Shown one piece after another: positions 25,492 through 34,273 of a stretch of 38,618 nucleotides of DNA. Both the position numbers and the translations under genes were made by a program. Location of the stretch: IMG/VR virus record IMGVR_UViG_3300028422_000873, one strand, 5' to 3'. Below the pieces are notes generated by a model. The model saw only the letters and a program-made list of their open reading frames with translations, did no database searches and had not been told where the DNA came from. This stretch comes from a virus. Its lineage: Duplodnaviria > Heunggongvirae > Uroviricota > Caudoviricetes. Position 1 is the first letter of the stretch. Every line of letters begins with the position of its first letter.

Positions 25492-27282
25492 ATGATTAAA
25501 ATCACTCCGGCTCAGGTCAGAAAGAAAATTCAATTTATTGAAGATTACAAAAAAGCAGAAAATAATGCTGAGGGCAGTAAACTAGACGCAAACGCAAACG
25601 TTTCTTGCAAGAATATCAGCACACTATCTGCAGAATTAAATAAAGATATTAATATTCAAGTCAATCGTGCTTTAATGAGAGATAAGATAAAAGAACTATT
25701 TGGGGAAGAGACAGCGCTAGAGTATATCAGACAAATCGCAGAGCATGAAATATATGTTCATGACGAGTCTAGTCTAATGCCTTACTGTGCAAGCATCACA
25801 TTGTATCCTTTGCTATTAGATGGTTTAACAAAGTTAGGTGGAGAGTGTAAGGCACCGAAACATATTCAGTCGTTCTGTGGTAGTCTCATCAACTTGGTAT
25901 TTGCAATATCGAGTCAGTTTGCTGGTGCCGTAGCAACGGTAGAATTCCTGATGTACTTCGATCATTTTGCTCGTAAAGATTGGGGAGACGACTATCTCAA
26001 CACACATAAGGAGATTGTTGAAGGGTTGTTTCAACATGTGGTATATAGCATAAATCAACCGGCAGCATCAAGAAATTACCAGTCTTGTTTCTGGAATATA
26101 TCTCTCTACGACAGAGAATATTTTAATTCTATGTTCGGCAATTTTGTGTTTCCAGATGGTAATAAACCAGTATACGAGTCAGTTGACAAGCTTCAACGCT
26201 TCTTCATGAAATGGTTTAATAAAGAGCGAGAGCGTGCAGTACTTACGTTTCCCGTTATCACTGCTGCCATGTTAGTGGACGACAAGAGCCCCGTAGATAA
26301 AGACTTTGCAGATTTTTGTGCCGAGGAGCTATCTGAAGGTAATAGTTTCTTCATATATCAGAGTAAATCTGCAGATAGTTTAGCTAGTTGCTGCAGATTG
26401 AGAAACGAGATGTCGGATAATACTTTCTCGTATACGCTCGGAGCAGGCGGTGTCAGTACAGGTTCAATCAATGTAATAACCATCAACATGAATCGTCTAG
26501 TTCAAGATAATAGAGATCTTAAAATAGAAGTTGAGAAGGTACAGAAGTATCAGGTTGCCTATAGATCACTAATGGACGACTATCATAAAGCGGGATTACT
26601 TCCAGCATACGATGCCGGCTTCATTCACCTAGATAAACAATTCTTAACAATTGGTATAAACGGCATGGTAGAAGCGGCAGAGTCCCAAGGGATTCAACCA
26701 GGTAACAACAAAAAATACAAGAATTGGGTTAAGACGCAGCTGAGAACTATCTACAATGCTAATAAGCGCGCAAAGAATAAGTATGGTTATATGTTTAATA
26801 CCGAATTTGTTCCCGCTGAAAACCTTGGAGCAAAAAATGCTGCATGGGATAAGAAGGGCGGATATGAGGTGAACCGCGACCTATACAACTCATACTTCTA
26901 TCCTGTAGAAGATGAATCTATTAATGCCCTAGATAAATTCATTCTACACGGCGAAGAGATAGTTCAATATCTTGATGGCGGTAGTGCACTGCACCTTAAC
27001 CTAGACGATTATCCAACTAAAGAATCCTATCTTAAACTATTCGATATAAGTGCAAGAGTGGGTTGTAATTACTTCACTACAAACGTTAAAGTAACAGTAT
27101 GTAATGAGTGCGATAACATCGATAAAAAGACTCTACATAAATGTCCCAAATGCGGTTCAGATAACGTAGATTGGGCAACTAGAGTTATTGGTTACCTAAA
27201 GCGTGTGGATAGTTTTAGTAGTGCTAGACAGCAAGAAGAAAAACTACGTCACTACCATAATAAAGATATAAAAACACAATAG
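25492..27282 (+). CDS. nrdD: class III (anaerobic) ribonucleoside-triphosphate reductase
   Basis: IYVHD, LTFPV, ASCCRL, EFVPAE, GG finger, CNEC/CPKC Zn site, glycyl-radical RVIGYL; no N-terminal ATP-cone evident. Confidence 0.95.
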   Translation: MIKITPAQVRKKIQFIEDYKKAENNAEGSKLDANANVSCKNISTLSAELNKDINIQVNRALMRDKIKELFGEETALEYIRQIAEHEIYVHDESSLMPYCASITLYPLLLDGLTKLGGECKAPKHIQSFCGSLINLVFAISSQFAGAVATVEFLMYFDHFARKDWGDDYLNTHKEIVEGLFQHVVYSINQPAASRNYQSCFWNISLYDREYFNSMFGNFVFPDGNKPVYESVDKLQRFFMKWFNKERERAVLTFPVITAAMLVDDKSPVDKDFADFCAEELSEGNSFFIYQSKSADSLASCCRLRNEMSDNTFSYTLGAGGVSTGSINVITINMNRLVQDNRDLKIEVEKVQKYQVAYRSLMDDYHKAGLLPAYDAGFIHLDKQFLTIGINGMVEAAESQGIQPGNNKKYKNWVKTQLRTIYNANKRAKNKYGYMFNTEFVPAENLGAKNAAWDKKGGYEVNRDLYNSYFYPVEDESINALDKFILHGEEIVQYLDGGSALHLNLDDYPTKESYLKLFDISARVGCNYFTTNVKVTVCNECDNIDKKTLHKCPKCGSDNVDWATRVIGYLKRVDSFSSARQQEEKLRHYHNKDIKTQ

Positions 27283-27291
27283 CATCAACAA

Positions 27292-27349
27292 CATCGGTGG
27301 TTTTTTTATCTGTCTAATAATTAAGAACGAGAAAATAAAACCACCGATG
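27292..27349. repeat. perfect 13-bp inverted repeat with 32-nt spacer
   Basis: CATCGGTGGTTTT ... AAAACCACCGATG. Confidence 0.8.
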
Positions 27350-27535
27350 GAGTATTCCATGACTAAAGAAGAAATTGATATGATTGATAAATTCTTACTG
27401 AAATTAGGTAAGATGAAGGGTGATGCATTTAGAAATCCAGATACTGGAGCCTTTGAAGTAATGATAAAGAAAGCCGACCTCATACGTGAGATTAATGAGT
27501 TTGTAAATAAGATGAAAGATATCAAACCTGAATAA
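27347..27535 (+). CDS. hypothetical protein
   Basis: ORF track; start may be ATG 27359. Confidence 0.65.
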   Translation: MEYSMTKEEIDMIDKFLLKLGKMKGDAFRNPDTGAFEVMIKKADLIREINEFVNKMKDIKPE

Positions 27536-27545
27536 AGGAAATAGT

Positions 27546-27881
27546 ATGAAGTATATTGATGTGGAACATGAGGTATTATTTAAGGTAGGATCATTTGATG
27601 AGAAAGCAGTTGTAACAGCAAACTGCACACCAACTGAAGAACCAAACATATATGATATACGTGTAACTGTTAAAGCAAAAAATAAAAACCGCCGTAAGAT
27701 TCACAGGGGTCAGATTGAGATAAATGATGCGTCGCATGCTATCGAAGATGTCAAAGACTATATGGACTGCAGTGATATAGTGAAAAATATGCTATCAGAG
27801 TTATCTGATGCACTAAGAATAAGTTATCCAAATATCTATATTGACGTTAAGACTGACGAAGACGAATTATTTCTTCTTTAA
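27546..27881 (+). CDS. hypothetical protein
   Basis: ORF track. Confidence 0.75.
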   Translation: MKYIDVEHEVLFKVGSFDEKAVVTANCTPTEEPNIYDIRVTVKAKNKNRRKIHRGQIEINDASHAIEDVKDYMDCSDIVKNMLSELSDALRISYPNIYIDVKTDEDELFLL

Positions 27882-28805
27882 TGACTTAATATAACTCTTT
27901 AAAGCCTTATTACTAGGAAATTCCTTAGTTATCATCTCTCCGGTTTCTGGGTGTTTATGTGAATACTTAATAGGATTCTTGGCTGATTTTGCTTTCATTT
28001 CTTTGGCTTCTTTAGTGGCTGCACTTGGACCTGATCCACCATATCTCTTGATGCGAGGCATCGCTTTAACTTCAGTATCGCCAATATTCTTACTCTTTCT
28101 TTTAATATTGTCTGTCTCAGTGTACCCCTGATAACCGGATTTAGCTATTTTCTGCTGTTCTGCTTCGCGTCTTTCGCCAACGCGTCTCTCTTTAATAGGG
28201 ATAATCTTGGGGTTATTCTGACGCCTGTCTTTACCACTTCTTAATTCTTTTAGGTCAGCTTTATCTTTTGCTTCTTGAAGCTGCTTCTTCTCACCCTCTG
28301 TAGTCATGCGAGATTTACCCTGAATATCTTTCACGGTGCGCATAGTGTTTTTCATCTGATTGGTGTACTTCTTATCACCCGTAACTCTGGCCATCATCGC
28401 TTGAGTTCTAGCGGCTTTAATACCTGTATCGATTTTCTCTTCATCTGTTTTATCAACGGCTTCAATATCCCATTGTCCATTATCGAAATAGTTTATCTTC
28501 TCGCCCTTTCCAACTGGTCTATATTGACCACCCCAGTTTATCTGCTCAGCGATACTTGGCTTACTAGATACACTACTCGATGTGTTTACGCTGGTATTAG
28601 ATGAGGTTGTGCTTGCAGTTGGTTGTACTGGTAAACCCTTATCTTTTAAAGCGTTTATCATACCCCATTGTTTACTGAGTTCTTCCTTAACCTCTTCAAG
28701 TGATTTTATAAGTTCTTCTAGTTCATTTTCAGTAAGATCATCCTTAACATCTTGTAATTCAATGGTTTTACTTAAAATACACTCTGCAATATCTTTAATA
28801 TTCAC
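27867..28805 (-). CDS. Lys-rich low-complexity protein, possibly virion-associated
   Basis: 312-aa ORF with AGAGG SD and own TGGTATAAT element; function is a guess. Confidence 0.8.
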   Translation of the reverse strand: MNIKDIAECILSKTIELQDVKDDLTENELEELIKSLEEVKEELSKQWGMINALKDKGLPVQPTASTTSSNTSVNTSSSVSSKPSIAEQINWGGQYRPVGKGEKINYFDNGQWDIEAVDKTDEEKIDTGIKAARTQAMMARVTGDKKYTNQMKNTMRTVKDIQGKSRMTTEGEKKQLQEAKDKADLKELRSGKDRRQNNPKIIPIKERRVGERREAEQQKIAKSGYQGYTETDNIKRKSKNIGDTEVKAMPRIKRYGGSGPSAATKEAKEMKAKSAKNPIKYSHKHPETGEMITKEFPSNKALKSYIKSLKKK

Positions 28806-28843
28806 TTAAACCTCTTTATAAGTAGTTAAATCTATACTACTTA

Positions 28844-28852
28844 ATTATACCA
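28844..28852 (-). promoter_or_regulatory. extended -10 type element TGGTATAAT
   Basis: Upstream of minus-strand gene 27867..28805. Confidence 0.6.
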
Positions 28853-28865
28853 TGAACACGACTTT

Positions 28866-28876
28866 AACAGATTCGA
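28866..28876 (+). promoter_or_regulatory. ACCGA-NN-CGA variant (AACAGATTCGA)
   Basis: In the divergent intergenic gap. Confidence 0.55.
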
Positions 28877-28978
28877 AATTTTTATCGACATGAAGGATTA
28901 TATTGTTGAATTCAACTTACATTTTATTATTTTGAATTTATTTCAGTATAATATTGATATTATAACCAAGGAGATTAC

Positions 28979-29800
28979 ATGGTTCCAAATCCGTTAGATA
29001 TGTTAGATGATATTGTTGTTAACGAGTTTTCAGAAAGATCGGCTTTGGACTTTCGTAATAAAGTTATGCGCATTGCCAAACTAGATCCTCAGAGACCGAT
29101 TACTGTGTATATTGATTCTTATGGTGGATCAGTGCATGCGTTGGCCAGTATGATTTCTGTTATAGAAGAGGTGCCAAATACATTCATTATGGTGGCGGTT
29201 GGTAAAGCTATGAGCTGTGGGGCAATTTTATTGGCAGCCGGCGATTACAGATTCGCAGATAAGCATAGCATGATGCTAATCCATGAGATTTCAGCTGGCT
29301 CGATGGGAGACGTAAACGACATCAAAAACAGCACAGAGAACATCATTAAGATGAATGAGTATTGGTTGGACTATCTAGCTAAGAAATGTGGTAAGAGCGG
29401 TTTTCAAGACATCAAGGATATTATCAGGAATCAAGACGGTCGCGACATCAACCTCAATCCAATGCAGGCGAAAGAATTTGGTTTAGTGGATTATGTTGGT
29501 AGTCCAGTTATTACTGCTATGTGTGTATATGGTATTGAAAACACTAACAAAGATGACCCCATTAAAAAACAACCAATGCAGATGCAAGAAGAGTTACCAC
29601 CAGAATTACCCGCGGAGATATCGGTTGATGTGAGTTCTCCAGAAAAGCTTGCTGAATTCTTGACTAAACTCAGCGATCAAAATCCTGAGGTAAAACAACC
29701 ATCAGAGCCAAAGAAAAAGAAAAAAGTAACAAAAAAGAAAGTGACAAAGAAAAAGGTCACTAGAAAGAAAGCTAATAAAACAGAAGAAACAATGAAATAA
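28979..29800 (+). CDS. clpP: ClpP-family serine protease with acidic then KKKVT-repeat tail
   Basis: YIDSYGG, AMSCG (Ser), LIHE (His), GRD...AKEFGLVD (Asp). Confidence 0.9.
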   Translation: MVPNPLDMLDDIVVNEFSERSALDFRNKVMRIAKLDPQRPITVYIDSYGGSVHALASMISVIEEVPNTFIMVAVGKAMSCGAILLAAGDYRFADKHSMMLIHEISAGSMGDVNDIKNSTENIIKMNEYWLDYLAKKCGKSGFQDIKDIIRNQDGRDINLNPMQAKEFGLVDYVGSPVITAMCVYGIENTNKDDPIKKQPMQMQEELPPELPAEISVDVSSPEKLAEFLTKLSDQNPEVKQPSEPKKKKKVTKKKVTKKKVTRKKANKTEETMK

Positions 29801-29825
29801 TATCAACAATTCAATTGGAGGACGA

Positions 29826-30173
29826 ATGAGCGATAATAGTAAAACAGGAGAAGTAGAGAATAAGGTGGTTATCGAGAAGGCAGACGTCGAGAACGTCAAA
29901 GAATACAGCAAGCATTTCAAAGTTCCTCTGCCCGATGAACTGGTTGCAGCACTGGATGCCTTCGCTACAGATGAGACTTTCGAGAATCAACAAGAGGTTA
30001 AATTGCAGATGTGTAGATGGATTCTAACATGTCCTCATCAGTCTTTTCAAGACGAGATGTGGAATACCCCCAAAGAAGCATCTAAACAAATTGTTTTTGA
30101 TCTTCAGTTTGAGAAAGATCTCAACGACACATTGGATCGCAGTAAAGAGAATTCAGTAGAAGAAACTGAATAG
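29826..30173 (+). CDS. acidic hypothetical protein
   Basis: ORF track; GGAGG SD. Confidence 0.8.
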   Translation: MSDNSKTGEVENKVVIEKADVENVKEYSKHFKVPLPDELVAALDAFATDETFENQQEVKLQMCRWILTCPHQSFQDEMWNTPKEASKQIVFDLQFEKDLNDTLDRSKENSVEETE

Positions 30174-30174
30174 A

Positions 30175-30546
30175 TTATTGAGATTCATCAGGATTAACTG
30201 GCTTTATCTCTTTTGTAGGTATAGCCGGTTTTTCTGTTTTAAACTGCTTTGCTTGCTGGCGTATATGTTTTGGAACAACATCTTGAGAAGCGACGTGATC
30301 TAGTATCATACCTCTAATTCTCTTGCCAGCATATGTAGAAAATTTATGGCCGCGTTCAGGGTCAAATTTATGGAGAGCATCCATGAGACCGTGAACGCCA
30401 GCGAAATGAAGATCTTCATCTTCTACGCTAGATGGGATTTTGCCGGCGTTGCGCAGTTGTTTTATATGCAGGTTGATTAACGGAGCGTGCTCCATTATGA
30501 AGTGGTTGATTTTACTTTGGTTTTCGGGGTCGTTTATATCAGACAT
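30175..30546 (-). CDS. truncated FliA/WhiG (sigma-28)-like sigma factor: region 2 and start of region 3 only
   Basis: EDLHFAGVHGLMDALHKFDPERGHKFSTYAGKRIRGMILDHVASQDVVPKHIR aligns with FliA regions 2.2-3.0; ends at 123 aa with no region 4. Confidence 0.85.
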   Translation of the reverse strand: MSDINDPENQSKINHFIMEHAPLINLHIKQLRNAGKIPSSVEDEDLHFAGVHGLMDALHKFDPERGHKFSTYAGKRIRGMILDHVASQDVVPKHIRQQAKQFKTEKPAIPTKEIKPVNPDESQ

Positions 30547-30564
30547 GTTTAACTCCTTAAAACT

Positions 30565-30573
30565 ATTATACTA
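30565..30573 (-). promoter_or_regulatory. -10 type element TAGTATAAT
   Basis: Upstream of the sigma gene and its AAGGAG SD. Confidence 0.55.
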
Positions 30574-30596
30574 CACTTTAATGTTAAGCAGGATTT

Positions 30597-31187
30597 ATGG
30601 ACAAACCAACTAAGAAAGTAAACTACTACAAAAACGGTAGTGTAAGATGTGAAGCTTACTACTTAAACAACAAGCGTCACAGAGTAGACGGTCCAGCTAT
30701 AATAGACTACTACGAAAACGGTAGCATATACCGTGAAGTTTACTACTTAAATGACAAATATCACAGAGTAGACGGTCCAGCTCACATAGGCTACTACGAA
30801 AACGGTAGTACACTCTGTGAAGCTTACTACTTAAACGGCAAATATCACAGAGTAGACGGTCCAGCTCATATAAGCTATAACGAAGACGGTAGTGTAAGTT
30901 GTGAAGTTTACTACTTAAACGACAGGCGTCACAGAGTAAACGGTCCAGCTTACATAGAATACTACGAAAACGATAGTGTAAGATATGAAGTTTACTACTT
31001 AAACGGTGAGTACCATAGAATAGACGGTCCAGCTTACATAGACTACTACGAAGACGGTAGTGTAAGTTGTGAAGCTTACTGGTTAAACAACAAGAAACTT
31101 ACCAAAGAAGAGTTCTTAGTAAGCAAAGAGCATCAAAACTACTTAGCTGATTTAGAGATTGAAAGGATGTTAGATGAACGAACTTGA
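30597..31187 (+). CDS. MORN-like repeat protein, 5 units
   Basis: HRVDGPA repeats. Confidence 0.9.
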   Translation: MDKPTKKVNYYKNGSVRCEAYYLNNKRHRVDGPAIIDYYENGSIYREVYYLNDKYHRVDGPAHIGYYENGSTLCEAYYLNGKYHRVDGPAHISYNEDGSVSCEVYYLNDRRHRVNGPAYIEYYENDSVRYEVYYLNGEYHRIDGPAYIDYYEDGSVSCEAYWLNNKKLTKEEFLVSKEHQNYLADLEIERMLDERT

Positions 31188-32448
31188 TATATTAGACTCC
31201 ATAAACGAAGCAAGCGGTAAGAACGATAAATTTAATATCTTATCAGCTGCAAAGCAAGATAAGAAGCTTGCACAGCTACTTGATGCAGTTTTTAACTATA
31301 AACGTAAATTCTTTATTAAGAAATGGGATGTAGGTAATGCTGTGTTCTGCAATGATGATAAACATTATGAGTTTATTGAGTTGTTAGAGTATCTCGAATC
31401 AGGTCAGGGACGAGGTGATGTAGCTAAAATAAAAGTAGAAGAATTCTTTGCTACACTAAATGCGCAACAGAAATACTGGTACGAGAGAGTTCTAAAGAAA
31501 GATTTCAAGATGGGGGTTTCAGTTAATACGGCTGTAAAATGCGGGTTTGATATTCCGATATTCGATGTGCAGTTAGCAAAAGACGGCAAGAAATCAAAGA
31601 ATTTAAAGACTTTTGTAAATAAGGGCGGTTATGCCTCTAGAAAATACGACGGATATCGCTGTCTAGCTGTTATAAAAGACGGTGATGTTACCTTATATTC
31701 TCGCAACGGAACTGTATACGAGAATTTTCCAAGTGTGGAACAGAGTTTATCAGAGATGTTCCCTGTTGGATATAGGGTTCTAGACGGTGAGATCATGAGC
31801 GATGACTTTCAAGCTATGCAGAGTACTGCTTTCGCTAACAAGCGTGGAACCACCGTTGGGGATGTTAGTTATCACGTATTCGATATGATTCCGTGGGAAG
31901 AGTGGGAGAGCAAAGAATTCTGTACTAAGAAAAGCGAGAGATTATGCATGTTGAAGTATGGGATATCGTTGGATCAGTTGCTGCTAAATCAAGACGATGC
32001 GGAAGAATTGACATATCCCGATAACATTAAGTTAGTAGAGCATACATACGTCAGCGATCTAAATGAACTACTAGAGATGGAGAAGACCTATATTGAAGAG
32101 GGTTATGAGGGAGTTATGTTTGTACCAGATATCCCATATTATCTTGGTAAAAAAACTAATAAGATGATAAAATTAAAAACGTTCAAATCTCAGGACGTAG
32201 AGATCGTGGGATTCAATCCAGGTAAATCAGATGGTAAATACGCTGATACGTTAGGTTCTTTCATTGTAAAACAAGAAGATGGACAAATATGTAATTGTAA
32301 TGTTAGAGGTGATAAATTTCGCGATGATATTTGGAAAAATAAAGAGTTATTTATAGGGCGAATTTTTGAAGCCGCATATCAAGAAGAAACCAATGACGGA
32401 ATAATGCGCTTTCCTGTTTTTAAAAGATGGCGAAACGATAAGGAGTAA
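31174..32448 (+). CDS. ATP-dependent DNA ligase (phage type)
   Basis: KYDGYR (motif I), SRNG, LDGEI, VFD, EGYEGVM, KLK, RFP. Confidence 0.95.
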   Translation: MNELDILDSINEASGKNDKFNILSAAKQDKKLAQLLDAVFNYKRKFFIKKWDVGNAVFCNDDKHYEFIELLEYLESGQGRGDVAKIKVEEFFATLNAQQKYWYERVLKKDFKMGVSVNTAVKCGFDIPIFDVQLAKDGKKSKNLKTFVNKGGYASRKYDGYRCLAVIKDGDVTLYSRNGTVYENFPSVEQSLSEMFPVGYRVLDGEIMSDDFQAMQSTAFANKRGTTVGDVSYHVFDMIPWEEWESKEFCTKKSERLCMLKYGISLDQLLLNQDDAEELTYPDNIKLVEHTYVSDLNELLEMEKTYIEEGYEGVMFVPDIPYYLGKKTNKMIKLKTFKSQDVEIVGFNPGKSDGKYADTLGSFIVKQEDGQICNCNVRGDKFRDDIWKNKELFIGRIFEAAYQEETNDGIMRFPVFKRWRNDKE

Positions 32449-32450
32449 CA

Positions 32451-32633
32451 ATGTTTGTTAAGATGATAGACCATAAAGATGGTGCAACTATTCTCATAAA
32501 CAGAGATCGCATTATTAAGGTTAAGGCAGCGTTTAATCATGTTCGCCTATATTACGGTAATAACGAGTACTACTCAGTTAAACACACTCTACATGAGGCT
32601 TTAAGGATTTTAAACGGTGAAGAAAGAATATAA
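32451..32633 (+). CDS. small protein resembling the FlbD/SwrD family
   Basis: M[FI]xK...ILINxDxIxxV...YxVKxTLxE pattern recognised by eye. Confidence 0.5.
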   Translation: MFVKMIDHKDGATILINRDRIIKVKAAFNHVRLYYGNNEYYSVKHTLHEALRILNGEERI

Positions 32634-32904
32634 TTGCATTCTGCGATTCATGGAAAAAGACGAGATGTTCTTTGAGAATATCACTTCATTCTTATTAGAT
32701 GAGAGATTGATCTCCAAGAGTGAGTTAGTGAATCTCAGTAGGGCAAATGAGAAAGCTAAATATCTTTTAGCTACTTTAAAAAAGATTCTTAATGAAGAAC
32801 AGGTAATGTTAGTCGATTGGGAATGGGTATTATTACCAGCAGAAAGATTGAAGCTAACCATCGTAACAGATAACTCACAGAAGGAGTTCGCTCACGGACA
32901 TTGA
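32617..32904 (+). CDS. hypothetical protein
   Basis: ORF track. Confidence 0.7.
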   Translation: MKKEYNCILRFMEKDEMFFENITSFLLDERLISKSELVNLSRANEKAKYLLATLKKILNEEQVMLVDWEWVLLPAERLKLTIVTDNSQKEFAHGH

Positions 32905-32974
32905 TATTAATTGATCTGTATAATATTAATATATTAGAAAAAAGGGGTAGCAAACGTTTTAGAGGAGGACTTTT

Positions 32975-33463
32975 ATGTCTCAAAAGAGTCAAAAAGATGC
33001 TGTAGTGGAAGCAGTTAAAAAGACCCTTGGCAGTTCGTACGATCCGGCAGTTCCGGTGAGTACATTATTAACCAAAGAACAAAAAAAGGAGATGGCAGAG
33101 CAGATTATTAAACAGATCATGGACGGTGATGTAGCTTACAGTAAGGATATCACCGATGAAGAGGCAGTCAAAAAATACGTACCCGGTATGATATCGAATC
33201 ATATACGAAAAGCAAAGGAATTGAACGGCGGAACGTATACAACGCAAGCATCTGGGCGCGGACATCGCGATCAGAAATTATCAACATTAAACAGGTTACG
33301 CGATACGTACGAAGAAGACAGCGAAGAATATAACACTATTACAGAAGCTATCATCGAACGTCAGAGCGAACTAGCAGAACAGAAAATGAAGGCATCAAAG
33401 AGGCAACTAATAGACATCAGTTTACTGCCAGAAGACCTGCATGATCTAGCTCTACATCTTTAA
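32975..33463 (+). CDS. hypothetical protein, paralog of 11038 and 16217
   Basis: Shared motifs; preceded by GTATAAT (32918-32924), followed by a terminator. Confidence 0.9.
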   Translation: MSQKSQKDAVVEAVKKTLGSSYDPAVPVSTLLTKEQKKEMAEQIIKQIMDGDVAYSKDITDEEAVKKYVPGMISNHIRKAKELNGGTYTTQASGRGHRDQKLSTLNRLRDTYEEDSEEYNTITEAIIERQSELAEQKMKASKRQLIDISLLPEDLHDLALHL

Positions 33464-33467
33464 CACT

Positions 33468-33495
33468 AATGCGGTGAACTTGTATCACCGCATTT
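33468..33495 (+). terminator. probable terminator hairpin
   Basis: AATGCGGTGA / TCACCGCATT inverted repeat. Confidence 0.7.
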
Positions 33496-33502
33496 ATCAC
33501 AT

Positions 33503-33513
33503 GACCGATTCGA
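33503..33513 (+). promoter_or_regulatory. ACCGA-NN-CGA element (GACCGATTCGA)
   Basis: Directly after the terminator, 40 nt before ATG 33554. Confidence 0.7.
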
Positions 33514-33553
33514 AAATCACATAGGTTAATGGAACTTCAGTAAAGGAGAAGTA

Positions 33554-34273
33554 ATGAGAATTAAAAACATGTTGGCGGGTTTTATCATAGGTTTAATATT
33601 TATGATGTTGTTTTTAACTATCACCATTGCTTTCTCAGATGCAAAAGCCAGTGAGGTAGATTGCAACAAGCATCCTATTTATTGTCAGATTATCAAGAAC
33701 AAGACCCTTAAAAATGGTAAGATTATTATTGATAAAAAATATGCTATGGAGTTATCTGACATAATCTATAATGTCTCACACAAACACGATATACCAGCAA
33801 ATCTCTACACAGCAATCCTAATGCAAGAATCTGGATATAAACTCCACACCAAAGGATGTCATGAGGGGATAAGGTACGAGACACAAGGAGAAGCAAATTT
33901 TCGTCGTTTAAGAGAAAAATACGAGAAATACTGGGCTCATCCTGAGAAATGTACTTTACCGTGTGATGCCCCACCTGTAGATATGATCTTTGAATATGAT
34001 TATTTTAAAAGCGTAGAACCTAAATTAATTAAGTCGAAGGTATGTGCAGATTTCGGTATTGGACAGATATGGTTCAAGACCGCAAATACATATAAGTTCG
34101 ATATGGAAAGATTACTAACCGATCTAGAGTATTCAGTAGAAGCTGGGGCTATTGTATTAAAAGACTTCATGAAGAGATATTCTAAACGCGAAGAGTTCTG
34201 GTGGACGCGCTATAATGCCAGTTCTATCAATAAACGTAAGAAATATCAGAGACTTGTAGAGAGATATCTATGA
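33554..34273 (+). CDS. SLT-domain lytic transglycosylase with N-terminal TM or signal helix
   Basis: AILMQES (catalytic Glu), DFGIGQI, RYNA; insertion of roughly 60 aa between motifs I and II. Confidence 0.85.
   Translation: MRIKNMLAGFIIGLIFMMLFLTITIAFSDAKASEVDCNKHPIYCQIIKNKTLKNGKIIIDKKYAMELSDIIYNVSHKHDIPANLYTAILMQESGYKLHTKGCHEGIRYETQGEANFRRLREKYEKYWAHPEKCTLPCDAPPVDMIFEYDYFKSVEPKLIKSKVCADFGIGQIWFKTANTYKFDMERLLTDLEYSVEAGAIVLKDFMKRYSKREEFWWTRYNASSINKRKKYQRLVERYL

Noticed and set aside
28130-28240. c-di-GMP-binding RxxxR motifs (DRR...ERRVGERR) in the Lys-rich protein
   Set aside because: Low-complexity charged context and no PilZ DxSxxG motif; too weak to report.
30597-31187. Diversity-generating retroelement acting on the MORN-like repeats (AAC/GAC/GGC/AGC codon series)
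   Set aside because: No reverse transcriptase or non-coding template repeat in the window, and differences also occur at non-adenine positions (CAT/CAC, GGC/GGT). Not excluded for the rest of the genome.
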